A stretch of 64,000 nt of DNA from Candidatus Melainabacteria bacterium RIFCSPHIGHO2_02_FULL_34_12 (GCA_001784555.1 MFRM01000003.1:188615-252614); one strand, 5' to 3'. Positions 8,943-17,860 are shown, counted from the first letter of the stretch. Translations and numbers: made by a program. Notes: generated by a model not told the origin, from the sequence alone.

Positions 8943-8960
8943 CAAATCGTGTCGCCCTGA
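8943..8960 (+). repeat. tRNA-Pro 3'-end fragment, att-like copy 3 (CAAATCGTGTCGCCCTGA)
   Basis: 17/18 identical to the corresponding part of copies 1 and 2 (one C>T). Confidence 0.75.
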
Positions 8961-8988
8961 TATTATAGAGTCAGGAGAAGTACAAAAA

Positions 8989-9318
8989 ATGACACTTATA
9001 GATTTAAGCTTAAAAAAAACATGTGATCACTTTCAAGGTTTTCGTGGAAAATTTATTAACTCTGAAAAGAGCACAATAATTTTCTGGGAAGCTGAAGCAG
9101 GCGCAATAGTACCTGAGCATTCTCATCCTCATGAACAAATATCAGAAGTTACAGAAGGAAAATTTGAGCTTAAAGTTGGTAATAAAACTACAATTTTAAA
9201 ATCAGGCCTGGTTATAATTATTCCGCCTAATACAACTCACTCAGGCAAAGCTTTAACTTCCTGCAAAATTAAAGATATTTTTTGTCCTGTAAGAGAAGAC
9301 TACAAAGAGTTTAGTTAA
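8989..9318 (+). CDS. Cupin-domain protein
   Basis: 109 aa. 'PEHSHPHEQISEVTEGKFELKVG...IIIPPNTTHSGKA' matches the two cupin motifs. Confidence 0.75.
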   Translation: MTLIDLSLKKTCDHFQGFRGKFINSEKSTIIFWEAEAGAIVPEHSHPHEQISEVTEGKFELKVGNKTTILKSGLVIIIPPNTTHSGKALTSCKIKDIFCPVREDYKEFS

Positions 9319-9418
9319 AATAAATGATTATTGGCGGGAAATAATGCTTTAACCCAAGAAAGAGGTATTTCAAGTTATATTTTGTTATCTAATTAGTTAT
9401 AATTTATTTATTTAAGAA

Positions 9419-10846
9419 ATGTCATTAAAAGTTCAAGCACAACCAAAACCCGCCAAGCCGTTTAATTTTTATCCTATAAGACGAGAAAACACTGGCGGGC
9501 AAGAAACTTATTCGGCAGAATCAACAGATGGTTTTATTCCGGGTATTGCATTTGAGGCATATTTAAAATTATCTGCCATAACTGCAAGTTCAAACGGGCA
9601 TGGTTTTCCTATAAAACCAGGCGGTATAGCACTCTGGAGTGGAAAAGGATTAGCTAAAAGTTTCGAGGGGAAAGATACTGAACTTGCAAGCAAGGTTCAG
9701 CCTTTTATGCCTGACCCGAATGCTTTTAAAGTAGGAGAGGCAATAGTAGTAAATAACGTAGCAGCAGTAAGACTTCAATACGGCAGACATGCAGTCTGGG
9801 AAGCTTTATCCCTAAATGGAGATGAGATTAGTCAGGAAGAAAGAGAAAGAATTGAAACTACTTTTGATTTAAGATTTAGAATTCCAGAAATAGAATCTTA
9901 TGCAATTCCTATTACCACAAGAACATTTAAAGGACTTTCAGATGATGTTTACAAAAAAATATCTGCTAAATTACCAGCTCCTAAAACCACCGATAAAAAA
10001 GAATTTGACTTACCATCAGGAAGAAAGCTTTATTTAAGAATGAACAAATCATACAGATCCTGGGTAGCCATTCCTGAAAACAAAATTGCACTTAGTGATG
10101 AAGAAAGAAAAGAAATAGAAGATTTTTTTGGTTTAGAATTTAAATATAAACTTCCCTCAGTAGATAGAGGTGACATAGTTTGCTGGGGACAGGATGCAGG
10201 TAAATATTTCGAGGGTTTTAAAAGAACTGTTGCTGCTCAATTAATTAAAAAACTGCCTGACCCTGAAACATTTGCAGAAAATACTAAGGAGCTCGAAAGA
10301 GACGGTATTAAAATTACCTTTACTAAAAAGGTAAGCAGAGGAGGAAACCTTGTCTGGACAGTTAGTAAAAACAAACATAAAGATGCTGCTTATGTACTTG
10401 AGTTGGAAAGAAAGATTAAATTACTGCCGGTACCGAAAGATGCAATAATTTGCTGGGGAAAATTTGCAGCACTATTTTGGAAAGAAGCTGCCAGTGATAA
10501 AGATGGAACTCAAAGATTTAATTACAAGATAAGAAAACATCTTCCGGAACCAAAAGGCTTTGTTAAAGAAACAGATCAAAACAAGGCTATTCTAAGAGGA
10601 GAGCACAAAAAAAAATGTACGGTTTATGTAGGGAAAAATGAAGAAGGCTATTTTTTCTGGTACGTTAAAAAAGAAGAGAGAGAAATCTTCAGTGAAATTA
10701 CGGGGTTAACGCCAGAAACCTTTTTTGAAGTACCTGTTACTGCTCGAGATAATAATGGAAGAGGACATACAGCAGAAACACATGAGTTAGAAATACCAAT
10801 GGGAAGATACTGTAAGCCAAGACATGTCAGGCTCCGCTCACACTAA
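9419..10846 (+). CDS. Hypothetical protein with about four internal 90-95-aa repeats
   Basis: 475 aa. Recurring blocks: 'EERERIETTFDLRF', 'EERKEIEDFFGLEF', 'EEREIFSEITGL'; 'DIVCWGQDAGKYF' / 'AIICWGKFAALFW'; 'KLPAPK' / 'KLPDPETF' / 'HLPEPKGF'. Confidence 0.6.
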   Translation: MSLKVQAQPKPAKPFNFYPIRRENTGGQETYSAESTDGFIPGIAFEAYLKLSAITASSNGHGFPIKPGGIALWSGKGLAKSFEGKDTELASKVQPFMPDPNAFKVGEAIVVNNVAAVRLQYGRHAVWEALSLNGDEISQEERERIETTFDLRFRIPEIESYAIPITTRTFKGLSDDVYKKISAKLPAPKTTDKKEFDLPSGRKLYLRMNKSYRSWVAIPENKIALSDEERKEIEDFFGLEFKYKLPSVDRGDIVCWGQDAGKYFEGFKRTVAAQLIKKLPDPETFAENTKELERDGIKITFTKKVSRGGNLVWTVSKNKHKDAAYVLELERKIKLLPVPKDAIICWGKFAALFWKEAASDKDGTQRFNYKIRKHLPEPKGFVKETDQNKAILRGEHKKKCTVYVGKNEEGYFFWYVKKEEREIFSEITGLTPETFFEVPVTARDNNGRGHTAETHELEIPMGRYCKPRHVRLRSH

Positions 10847-10853
10847 ATATTTA

Positions 10854-13800
10854 TTACTTAAGTTCCTTCGGAAGATTTTCATACGATGCTTGAAATCTAT
10901 AAGAATTTTCACCTGACAACTCTTCAAAGTTCGAGTTATTCAGAATAACCTTCTCAAATGTTTTGCAGTACCTATCATAATAAATAATTACACCTGTCTT
11001 TTCATCTTTTGATTTAATGTAAAGTTTAACAGCATTTTTATCTGAATCTTCCTTTACTATTGCATATTGAGTTCCGTTACTCTTTGACGGCTCAGACCAT
11101 TTACCTACATTAGATTTTGCATCCAGATATCCTAAATAACTTTCTATATTTCTCTTGAGAGAATCATAATCGCCATAGTAATATTTATCGCTTTCTTTTA
11201 TCTTTATTTGACCCAGTATCTGACTGCAGATTTTTCTTGCTTCATCAGTCTGTCCTAGTTTTTCATTTATTAATATGATATTCATCCAATAACTTAAAAG
11301 AAATGATTTTTCAATAGGATAAAGTAACTCTAATGACTTCAGATATTTTAATGATTCATTGTAGCTGCCATTTTCATTATTAAGCAATTCTGCATATCTT
11401 AAAACATTTTGATCAAACATGTTTCTGTTAATCCTAGAAGCCCTATCAGTTCTGACTAGTCCAATAGATAAATTAATTCCTGCTAAAAGTGCTTTTTTAC
11501 GTTCTTCTACACTTCCATATTTCTCAGCATATCTAATCCATGCCTCTGCCATGATCTGAAACTGTTTTTCTCCCTCTAATGTTGTTAATTCTGGATTTGT
11601 TTTGAGATTATTAACTCCAAGCTCTAAGGTTAAAAGTGCCTCGGATGAAGCTGATTTTATATGTTCAGATGTAATTGCATAATGTTGAGCAAGAAGTATG
11701 GAAAGCCTCATATTCATAGGATTTTTCTTAATAAGATCTTTTAATGCCAGAGCAAATGCATCATGATTTCCTTTATTTCTTAAGACAAGAGCCTTATGTA
11801 ATTCAACTTCTAATTCATGTTCAGGAATAGATTTTTCAAGTTTTATAAAAGTGTCCAACGCATTATTAACACTTTCAGGAATATCTTCCCATTTACCGTT
11901 AATCTGAATTTTTCTTTCTTCTCCGCCAAAAGTTTTTGGCTTAATGTATACAAGATAACTTTTATTATTTTTTTCTGTCTTATAAAGTTTTGCTCCTGTT
12001 GAATAAGTAAAATCCCTCAATTCTGGAGTTTCTTCTTGAACATTTAATTTTTTTACTGATATTCCATTCATATCATTAAAAACAGTAAGATAATCTTCAG
12101 CTGCTGATTGCAGGCTTACTATTGATCTGGAAGTATCTTCCATAATTGATTTATAAGCATTTCTAATGGGAGTTAAATTTTCAGGAGTGGCAAAAACAAA
12201 ATATTTTTTCCCATAAAGCACCTGCGCACAAGCAATTCTTACTTTTTCTGGCTGGGTTTTATCACCTAAGCATGATATAAGAGTCGGCAAAACTTCCGGA
12301 GTCTGATTAAAATGACTTAATAATCTAATGGCTGCTTCTTTTGAGCTTTCAGAAGAATTTTTATCTGCTAAAATTGATTTTACTTCTTCAAATATTTTTA
12401 ATTTATCGGCTATAAAAGAATCTGGTTCCAATAAACAAAATCCAGGAAATACTTCAGATCTAGCATACAGGTGTACTAAATTAAGATTTCCATTAATTAT
12501 ATTTAATTCATTATATCGATCTGTAAATCTAAGTATTTTCTTAAATATAGGCAGCCTGGCTACACGGATATTTTTATTATCTAAAAATAAGTTTATGGAT
12601 TTTGAAACAATTTCTGAATACACCTTTCTAGCACCTTCATTAAGAGAAGGTTCACTGTTTGTGTTATTCCATATTAGTGAAATAACATAAATGCAATCCT
12701 CTTTTTTTAATTCTGGGTTGCCATTCATCATCTCCATTACATTTTTAACCAGTTCAAGCCTGGGATTTTTTCTGGCAAACATCTCTTGAATCTGAGACTT
12801 TGTACCGCTGCTCAAATCTTTATTAAAAAGCATAGACATAAGCATTTCATCATATACAGCACTTGCAAGTTCATTTCTTACCGAGGAAAATTTTGAAAAA
12901 GCTATAGATCTCCATATAAGAGTAAATTTCTCAAGTCTTTCTTTTGGATCTTTTATTTCTAGAAGCTTTTTTAAAACAGAATCCAGAGTTAAAAAATCTT
13001 TCCCAAGATATTCATGTCCTCTCATATCAGCCGGCTCATCATAAGGGCTGTTAGCATCTTCTTCTTCTAGGATTCTTGAAATTAAATCAATATAATCAAA
13101 TCTTCCAGGGAATTTTGTTACACCTTTAAGCTCTTTATACATTGCAGTCAATCTGATCATTTCAGCTTCTTTTTCATTTTTAGTTTCTTTTAGTTCTGCC
13201 ATCTCTTTTATAAGAGCTTTTATTTCATCTGAAGGATCTTCTCCTATATTTCTAATCCATATTCCGTTGACCATTTTCCCGAATAACTGAGTGTCATATC
13301 TTCGAAAATGAATTTTATCAGCCAGATCCCCAGTCGAAGTGAATACCAGCTCTTCCTGACGTTGCTGTACTTTTTCATTATTTTGAGTAAATATTTCATT
13401 AAGAATTCTGCCTAATTTGTTCTCACTTTCATCATCATTATTCTGCCTGGCAATAACCATTTCATTATAAATAGGTAAAAGTGCATACTGACTGAGCTTT
13501 ATAAGCTCTGATTTTTTCTCTTCAGAAGTAAAGTCACCGCCTACTAAATCTTTTATAAGTTCAGTTGCTCTTTTTGCCTTACTTTCCCATTCTGCAAGCT
13601 CCTGAGATTTATAAACGGGATTATTTGTCCAGTTTAAATCCTTATCTTCCCTTAAAGATTCTTGCTTAGTTTTACATTCTTGCCTGAAATCATCCGTATA
13701 TTTTCCTGCATTTTCTTCTTTTGTAATTTCACTGAGTAATTTTTCTTCGTTTTTCCAGGTCATTTCTATATATTGGGTTATTCTTGCTATTGTTGCAGCA

Positions 13801-14474
13801 CTTCCTTCCATAAAACGACCTGAACTTTTAAAACTGCTAATTTCTGCTACCAGTGTTTCTTCAGCAAGTTTTCTGTTTTGATAAATTTTCTGAATGTTTT
13901 TACTGGTGTATTCCGAACGATACTTAGCTGAGATTTTTATTACACCTTCAGGAATAACAACTGCATCATCAGGATAAAAATACTTAAATGTCTCACTTTC
14001 TTCTTCTAAGCGCCTTATTTTTATTTCTCCTCTTCCAGAAACACGATAATAATTTTCGCCTGATTTTACTGTAACAAAAGATTCTTTATCAAATGTATTT
14101 TTTTCTCCTTTATTTTCAACAATTTCAGTTTTTTCTTCTTTCGGAGGTGGTGCAACCGGTGGTTCCATCGTTTTAGCAGGATCTGAATTATTAGGAGGAG
14201 GCGGTATTGGCGGAGGATTTACAGAAGGCTTCATTGGATTTGAGTTATTTGAGTTAAAAGATGATTTATTTCTCTCAGGTGCAATAAGAAATTTAGGTTT
14301 TGCTTTTTTAAAAGGTGCAGCTTCTGGCATAGAAGGGCTCTGCATCTGCACAGAATCTTGCGAAGAATTCATAGGAGTTTTAGTTAATTCCGGATTAACT
14401 GTTGGTTTAGTTCTGTTAGGTATGATTAAAAGCTTGGTTTTTGGTTTCAGCGAAGTAGCTTCAGATTTATCCAT
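10854..14474 (-). CDS. Large hypothetical protein (Pro-rich N-terminus, helical-repeat/TPR-like C-terminal part)
   Basis: ORF 10854..14498. The ATG at 14474 is preceded by AGGGGA at a good spacing. 'PPPIPPPPNNSDPAKTMEPPVAPPP' low-complexity tract. No signal peptide or TM seen. No family recognised. Confidence 0.6.
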   Translation of the reverse strand: MDKSEATSLKPKTKLLIIPNRTKPTVNPELTKTPMNSSQDSVQMQSPSMPEAAPFKKAKPKFLIAPERNKSSFNSNNSNPMKPSVNPPPIPPPPNNSDPAKTMEPPVAPPPKEEKTEIVENKGEKNTFDKESFVTVKSGENYYRVSGRGEIKIRRLEEESETFKYFYPDDAVVIPEGVIKISAKYRSEYTSKNIQKIYQNRKLAEETLVAEISSFKSSGRFMEGSAATIARITQYIEMTWKNEEKLLSEITKEENAGKYTDDFRQECKTKQESLREDKDLNWTNNPVYKSQELAEWESKAKRATELIKDLVGGDFTSEEKKSELIKLSQYALLPIYNEMVIARQNNDDESENKLGRILNEIFTQNNEKVQQRQEELVFTSTGDLADKIHFRRYDTQLFGKMVNGIWIRNIGEDPSDEIKALIKEMAELKETKNEKEAEMIRLTAMYKELKGVTKFPGRFDYIDLISRILEEEDANSPYDEPADMRGHEYLGKDFLTLDSVLKKLLEIKDPKERLEKFTLIWRSIAFSKFSSVRNELASAVYDEMLMSMLFNKDLSSGTKSQIQEMFARKNPRLELVKNVMEMMNGNPELKKEDCIYVISLIWNNTNSEPSLNEGARKVYSEIVSKSINLFLDNKNIRVARLPIFKKILRFTDRYNELNIINGNLNLVHLYARSEVFPGFCLLEPDSFIADKLKIFEEVKSILADKNSSESSKEAAIRLLSHFNQTPEVLPTLISCLGDKTQPEKVRIACAQVLYGKKYFVFATPENLTPIRNAYKSIMEDTSRSIVSLQSAAEDYLTVFNDMNGISVKKLNVQEETPELRDFTYSTGAKLYKTEKNNKSYLVYIKPKTFGGEERKIQINGKWEDIPESVNNALDTFIKLEKSIPEHELEVELHKALVLRNKGNHDAFALALKDLIKKNPMNMRLSILLAQHYAITSEHIKSASSEALLTLELGVNNLKTNPELTTLEGEKQFQIMAEAWIRYAEKYGSVEERKKALLAGINLSIGLVRTDRASRINRNMFDQNVLRYAELLNNENGSYNESLKYLKSLELLYPIEKSFLLSYWMNIILINEKLGQTDEARKICSQILGQIKIKESDKYYYGDYDSLKRNIESYLGYLDAKSNVGKWSEPSKSNGTQYAIVKEDSDKNAVKLYIKSKDEKTGVIIYYDRYCKTFEKVILNNSNFEELSGENSYRFQASYENLPKELK

Positions 14475-14625
14475 TTTCAATCCCCTGTTCAATTTCAATA
14501 GTCATTTCAAAAGGACTAGTCCATCCCATGCTTATCCAAAGCCAATGATAAATAGAAATTTATAGGTGTGTACAAATTATGCAATTAATTTTTTCTAATG
14601 TATTAAAGCCAAGTTAAGTAAATAT

Positions 14626-15561
14626 CTAAACCAATACCGGTCTTTTTAAATCATCCATATCAGGTAATTTGAAATTTACATTTTCTTCTTTAAGTTTTAG
14701 GGCTTCAACAGGAGCAGAAAGTTTGTTAATCAATGTTTCCACCAGTATTTCAGGAGCAGAAGCACCAGAACTTACTCCTACAGTTTTTCCATAAAGTTTT
14801 TCAGGTACTTTATATGTGTATGGATCCGGGACAAGCTCAGCAGGAGTTCCAGCAAGTTTTGCTACTTCTACGAGCCTATTGGAATTTGATGAGTTCTTAG
14901 AACCAATAATTAAAATATAATCCGTTACTTTTGCAAGTTCTTTTACTGCATCCTGTCTGTTTTGTGTAGCGTAACATATGTCCTGCGCCCCGGGAAGTGA
15001 TACTTCTGTATATTTCTTTTGAAGAGCCTGAATAATTTCCCTGGTGTCATTCACTGAGAGTGTGGTTTGCGTAGCCACAAATATCTTTGAAATATTTTCA
15101 GGAAGTTTTTCCACGTCCGAGATAGAACCTACAAGAAAACATGAATCAGATGGAATATGGCTCATTGCACCAATTACTTCCTGGTGTCCTTTATGTCCTA
15201 TATAAATAATCTTATAACCTTTCTTCCAGGCTCCAAGCATTTCAAGATGAACCTTAATAACAAGCGGACAGGTAGCATCAACTATTGCAAGATTTCGTTT
15301 TTTTGCTTCATCATAAACCCTTACTTCAGAACCATGTGCCGATAAAACCACACAATTCCCATCCGGCACCTCGCTTAACTCATCTACAAAAACCACGCCC
15401 CTGGTTTCAAAATCTTTTTTTACATGCTCATTGTGAACTATTTCATGCCTTACATAGATAGGTGAACCAAGCTTATCAAGAGCAAGGTCTACAATATCAA
15501 TTGCTCTTATGACACCGGCACAAAAACCTCTAAGTGAAGCAAGTACAACCTTTTTTACCAT
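14626..15561 (-). CDS. ispH: 4-hydroxy-3-methylbut-2-enyl diphosphate reductase
   Basis: 311 aa. 'GFCAGVIRAIDIV', 'HEIVHNEHV', 'ATCPLVIKVH', 'GHKGHQEVIG', 'CYATQNRQDAV' and 'GSKNSSNSNRLVEVA' are IspH/LytB hallmarks, including the three Cys ligands. Confidence 0.93.
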   Translation of the reverse strand: MVKKVVLASLRGFCAGVIRAIDIVDLALDKLGSPIYVRHEIVHNEHVKKDFETRGVVFVDELSEVPDGNCVVLSAHGSEVRVYDEAKKRNLAIVDATCPLVIKVHLEMLGAWKKGYKIIYIGHKGHQEVIGAMSHIPSDSCFLVGSISDVEKLPENISKIFVATQTTLSVNDTREIIQALQKKYTEVSLPGAQDICYATQNRQDAVKELAKVTDYILIIGSKNSSNSNRLVEVAKLAGTPAELVPDPYTYKVPEKLYGKTVGVSSGASAPEILVETLINKLSAPVEALKLKEENVNFKLPDMDDLKRPVLV

Positions 15562-15606
15562 AGATTGCTATTTTAGCATTCTGTAAAATGTCATTGATAT
15601 CACTAA

Positions 15607-15715
15607 AGGACTTACGCAAAGTTCACTGGGTATGGTACCCATTCGCTCCTTTCCCGCCCTAAAGGGCACACGTCGCTCAGGGCACCATACCGCAGTTCAT
15701 TTTTGCGTAAGTCCT
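15607..15715 (+). mobile_element. 109-bp MITE, copy 1 (14-bp TIR AGGACTTACGCAAA)
   Basis: Identical to 16983..17091 and to the reverse complement of 57071..57179. Flanked at a 1-nt offset by CACTA / CACTA. Confidence 0.85.
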
Positions 15716-15896
15716 GCACTAGACAAACCTCTCCCTGAAGCCAGAAAAACCCAAAAGTTCCCATAAATTTAGATTTTTTACCAATAGACCTTTATGTCAT
15801 GAAACTATCTTTATAAAGTACTTGTCTATAAATTACTGATGATATACTCATCCATGTAAAAAGTTCTTTTTAGGAATTTTAAAGGAGTAATGATAT

Positions 15897-16298
15897 ATGA
15901 AAAAGAAACTGTTCGTCGTATTACTTGCAGTAAGCTTTTTGCTTCCAATCGGAATCACACAAGCCCAAGCAGCAGGCGGTGATATTTTAAAACAAACCAC
16001 TGGTGTTGTACTCGGAGTAGGTGTTGGTCCTGTTATTGGTGGAGCAAGAGGTTTTACCAAAGGCTGGCTTTGGGGAAAAGATGCTACCGCTGAAGCACTT
16101 GGAGACAAAGACGGTGTTGCTCAACAAGCTCTTGGTTTTGCTACCGGCGGAGTTGTCGGAGCAGCAGCAGGCGGAGTATCCGGCGTATTAATGGGTGCAT
16201 ATGATGGCATCAAATACGGCTGGGATAAGCCTTGGTCTAAAGAAAACTTTAGCTGGGCAGGCGATGGATTTACTGATTACGAACCATTTAAATGGTAA
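15897..16298 (+). CDS. Secreted glycine-rich (glycine-zipper-like) small protein
   Basis: 133 aa. Signal peptide 'MKKKLFVVLLAVSFLLPIGITQAQA'. 'GVVLGVGVGPVIGGARG' and 'GGVVGAAAGGVSGVLMGA' tracts. Confidence 0.6.
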   Translation: MKKKLFVVLLAVSFLLPIGITQAQAAGGDILKQTTGVVLGVGVGPVIGGARGFTKGWLWGKDATAEALGDKDGVAQQALGFATGGVVGAAAGGVSGVLMGAYDGIKYGWDKPWSKENFSWAGDGFTDYEPFKW

Positions 16299-16330
16299 TT
16301 AATTAGTACATCAAAACAAACAATTTAAAA

Positions 16331-16369
16331 AAGCAAGTCAGAAACAGAAATGGCTTGCTTTTTATTTTC
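16331..16369 (+). terminator. Rho-independent terminator
   Basis: AAGCAAG (16331..16337) pairs with CTTGCTT (16354..16360), followed by TTTTTATTTT. Confidence 0.55.
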
Positions 16370-16463
16370 AATACTAAAAATAATCTTAAATTTAAAGTAC
16401 CTAAATCATCAAACTGTTAGCATAGTTAAGTTAAATCATTCAAGTAATCAGGAGTAAAAGCTT

Positions 16464-16979
16464 ATGCGAATCAGCTCAGATAATGTACCACCAGTAATAT
16501 CAGCTACAGAATCAGCTTCAAATGATGGTTTTACAAACTTAGTTCTATCAAGAAAACGCCACGAAAAGATTTTAATAGATGATGGAAATATAGCCGTTAC
16601 AGTCGTAGAAATAAAAGGAGATAAAGTAAGGCTAGCTATAAACGCTCCTACAGAGCAGGCACTTTTCCCAATAAATGGACAAGGTTGGATAATAAATGAG
16701 CAAGCAACACCAACAGAAGATCGACCTGAGGTGTGGAATATTCAAAGGCTCAATGCTGTTGGACCACTAATTAAAGTTAGTATAGTCTCAATTAGAGGTA
16801 ACAGAGTAAGGATATCAGTTAGTACACTGCCACAAATAAATATTCAAAGAGAGGAAGTAGCTGCCACTCCTTCAGATCTTGAAGGTGGACTTGTAAGAGC
16901 ACTAAAGACAAGTGAAACAGTAGGCATCTTTGCACCAGACCCAAGCGCAATTATTAGATACACCCCTCCAGTTAAATAA
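16464..16979 (+). CDS. Tandem (two-domain) CsrA-like RNA-binding protein
   Basis: 171 aa. Domain 1 'LVLSRKRHEKILIDDGNIAVTVVEIKGDKVRLAINAP' matches CsrA beta1-beta4. Domain 2 'IKVSIVSIRGNRVRISVSTLPQINIQREEV' matches CsrA beta3-beta5, including the 'I.REE' strand. AGGAG lies upstream of the ATG. Confidence 0.7.
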   Translation: MRISSDNVPPVISATESASNDGFTNLVLSRKRHEKILIDDGNIAVTVVEIKGDKVRLAINAPTEQALFPINGQGWIINEQATPTEDRPEVWNIQRLNAVGPLIKVSIVSIRGNRVRISVSTLPQINIQREEVAATPSDLEGGLVRALKTSETVGIFAPDPSAIIRYTPPVK

Positions 16980-16982
16980 AAC

Positions 16983-17091
16983 AGGACTTACGCAAAGTTC
17001 ACTGGGTATGGTACCCATTCGCTCCTTTCCCGCCCTAAAGGGCACACGTCGCTCAGGGCACCATACCGCAGTTCATTTTTGCGTAAGTCCT
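16983..17091 (+). mobile_element. 109-bp MITE, copy 2
   Basis: Identical to copy 1. Flanked at a 1-nt offset by TAAAA / TAAAA. The left duplication overlaps the csrA-like stop codon. Confidence 0.85.
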
Positions 17092-17231
17092 TTAAAAATC
17101 ACAATTTCATAAGCCTAGTTTAGGACACTTGTACTAAAAATCCTGTTTCCTAGTTTTTTTACAGTATGTTTCTTTAAAAAATTCCTTCGAAGAATCTTTA
17201 TATAAGTTCTGATTTATCTTTGGAGGGAAAA

Positions 17232-17831
17232 ATGAAAAAGAAGATTTTAAGTTTAATTTTAGTCCTTTTGATGTTTGGTTTACAGTCTATAAATATAAAA
17301 GCAAAAGCAGGTACAGCACAAGTGCCGTTAAATATTACTGTAAACGGCTCACTGGTTATAACCGATGCTGATAACGACAATATGAGCGGAGTAGACCCAA
17401 CTAGAAGTGTAACCATTCAAGTTACTCCTGATCTCCTTCAATCACAAGTTACAGGAGGCATAAACTTTAGAATAAGAACAAATAAAACTGCATGGAGACT
17501 TACTACTAACAGAACTGCAAGTAATGCAGGCGGAACCGGGCTTATCGATAGTGACATTTCAGTAACCATTGCTAAATCCGCAGGTACAACTGGAAATCTA
17601 AATGCAGGAACTATTGTTTCTCCATTTAATGCTGCTACAAACCTTACCAGCATTCCTACCTCAGGTTCCAAAGACGTCATAAGCGGTACAGCCAGAACAT
17701 CCAGTGCTAAAGACAGCACTAACCAAAACAATTACTTTCAGGTAAACACTCTCTATGGAGTAGCACCAGATTTCTTTTATACACCAGGCACCTTTAGTAC
17801 CATCATTACTTATAACCTGGTTGCACCATAA
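17232..17831 (+). CDS. Secreted WxL-like fibre/surface subunit, paralogue 1
   Basis: GGAGGG then ATG at 17232. Signal peptide 'MKKKILSLILVLLMFGLQSINIKAKA'. Shares 'VPLNITVNGSLVIT', 'NFRIRTNKTAWRLTT', 'NLNAGTIVSPF' and 'DFFYTPGTFSTIITYNLVAP' with paralogues 2-5. Confidence 0.75.
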   Translation: MKKKILSLILVLLMFGLQSINIKAKAGTAQVPLNITVNGSLVITDADNDNMSGVDPTRSVTIQVTPDLLQSQVTGGINFRIRTNKTAWRLTTNRTASNAGGTGLIDSDISVTIAKSAGTTGNLNAGTIVSPFNAATNLTSIPTSGSKDVISGTARTSSAKDSTNQNNYFQVNTLYGVAPDFFYTPGTFSTIITYNLVAP

Positions 17832-17860
17832 GTAGGGGCGTATGGCCATACGCCCCTACT
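17831..17860. repeat. GTAG-type REP palindrome (AGTAGGGGCGTATGG|CCATACGCCCCTACT)
   Basis: Perfect 30-nt palindrome abutting the stop codon of paralogue 1, followed by GGGTTTTG. May also act as a terminator. Confidence 0.85.

Noticed and set aside
15607-15715. The 109-bp repeat as a REPIN mobilised by the RAYT at 61592
   Set aside because: All three copies have 5-bp target-site duplications and 14-bp TIRs, which points to a DDE transposase. RAYT/IS200-type enzymes do not create duplications. The element also lacks the GTAG-hairpin signature.
15848-17112. ORFs 15848..16108(-) and 16930..17112(+)
   Set aside because: The first is antisense to the signal-peptide-bearing Gly-rich gene. The second reads through the 109-bp MITE.
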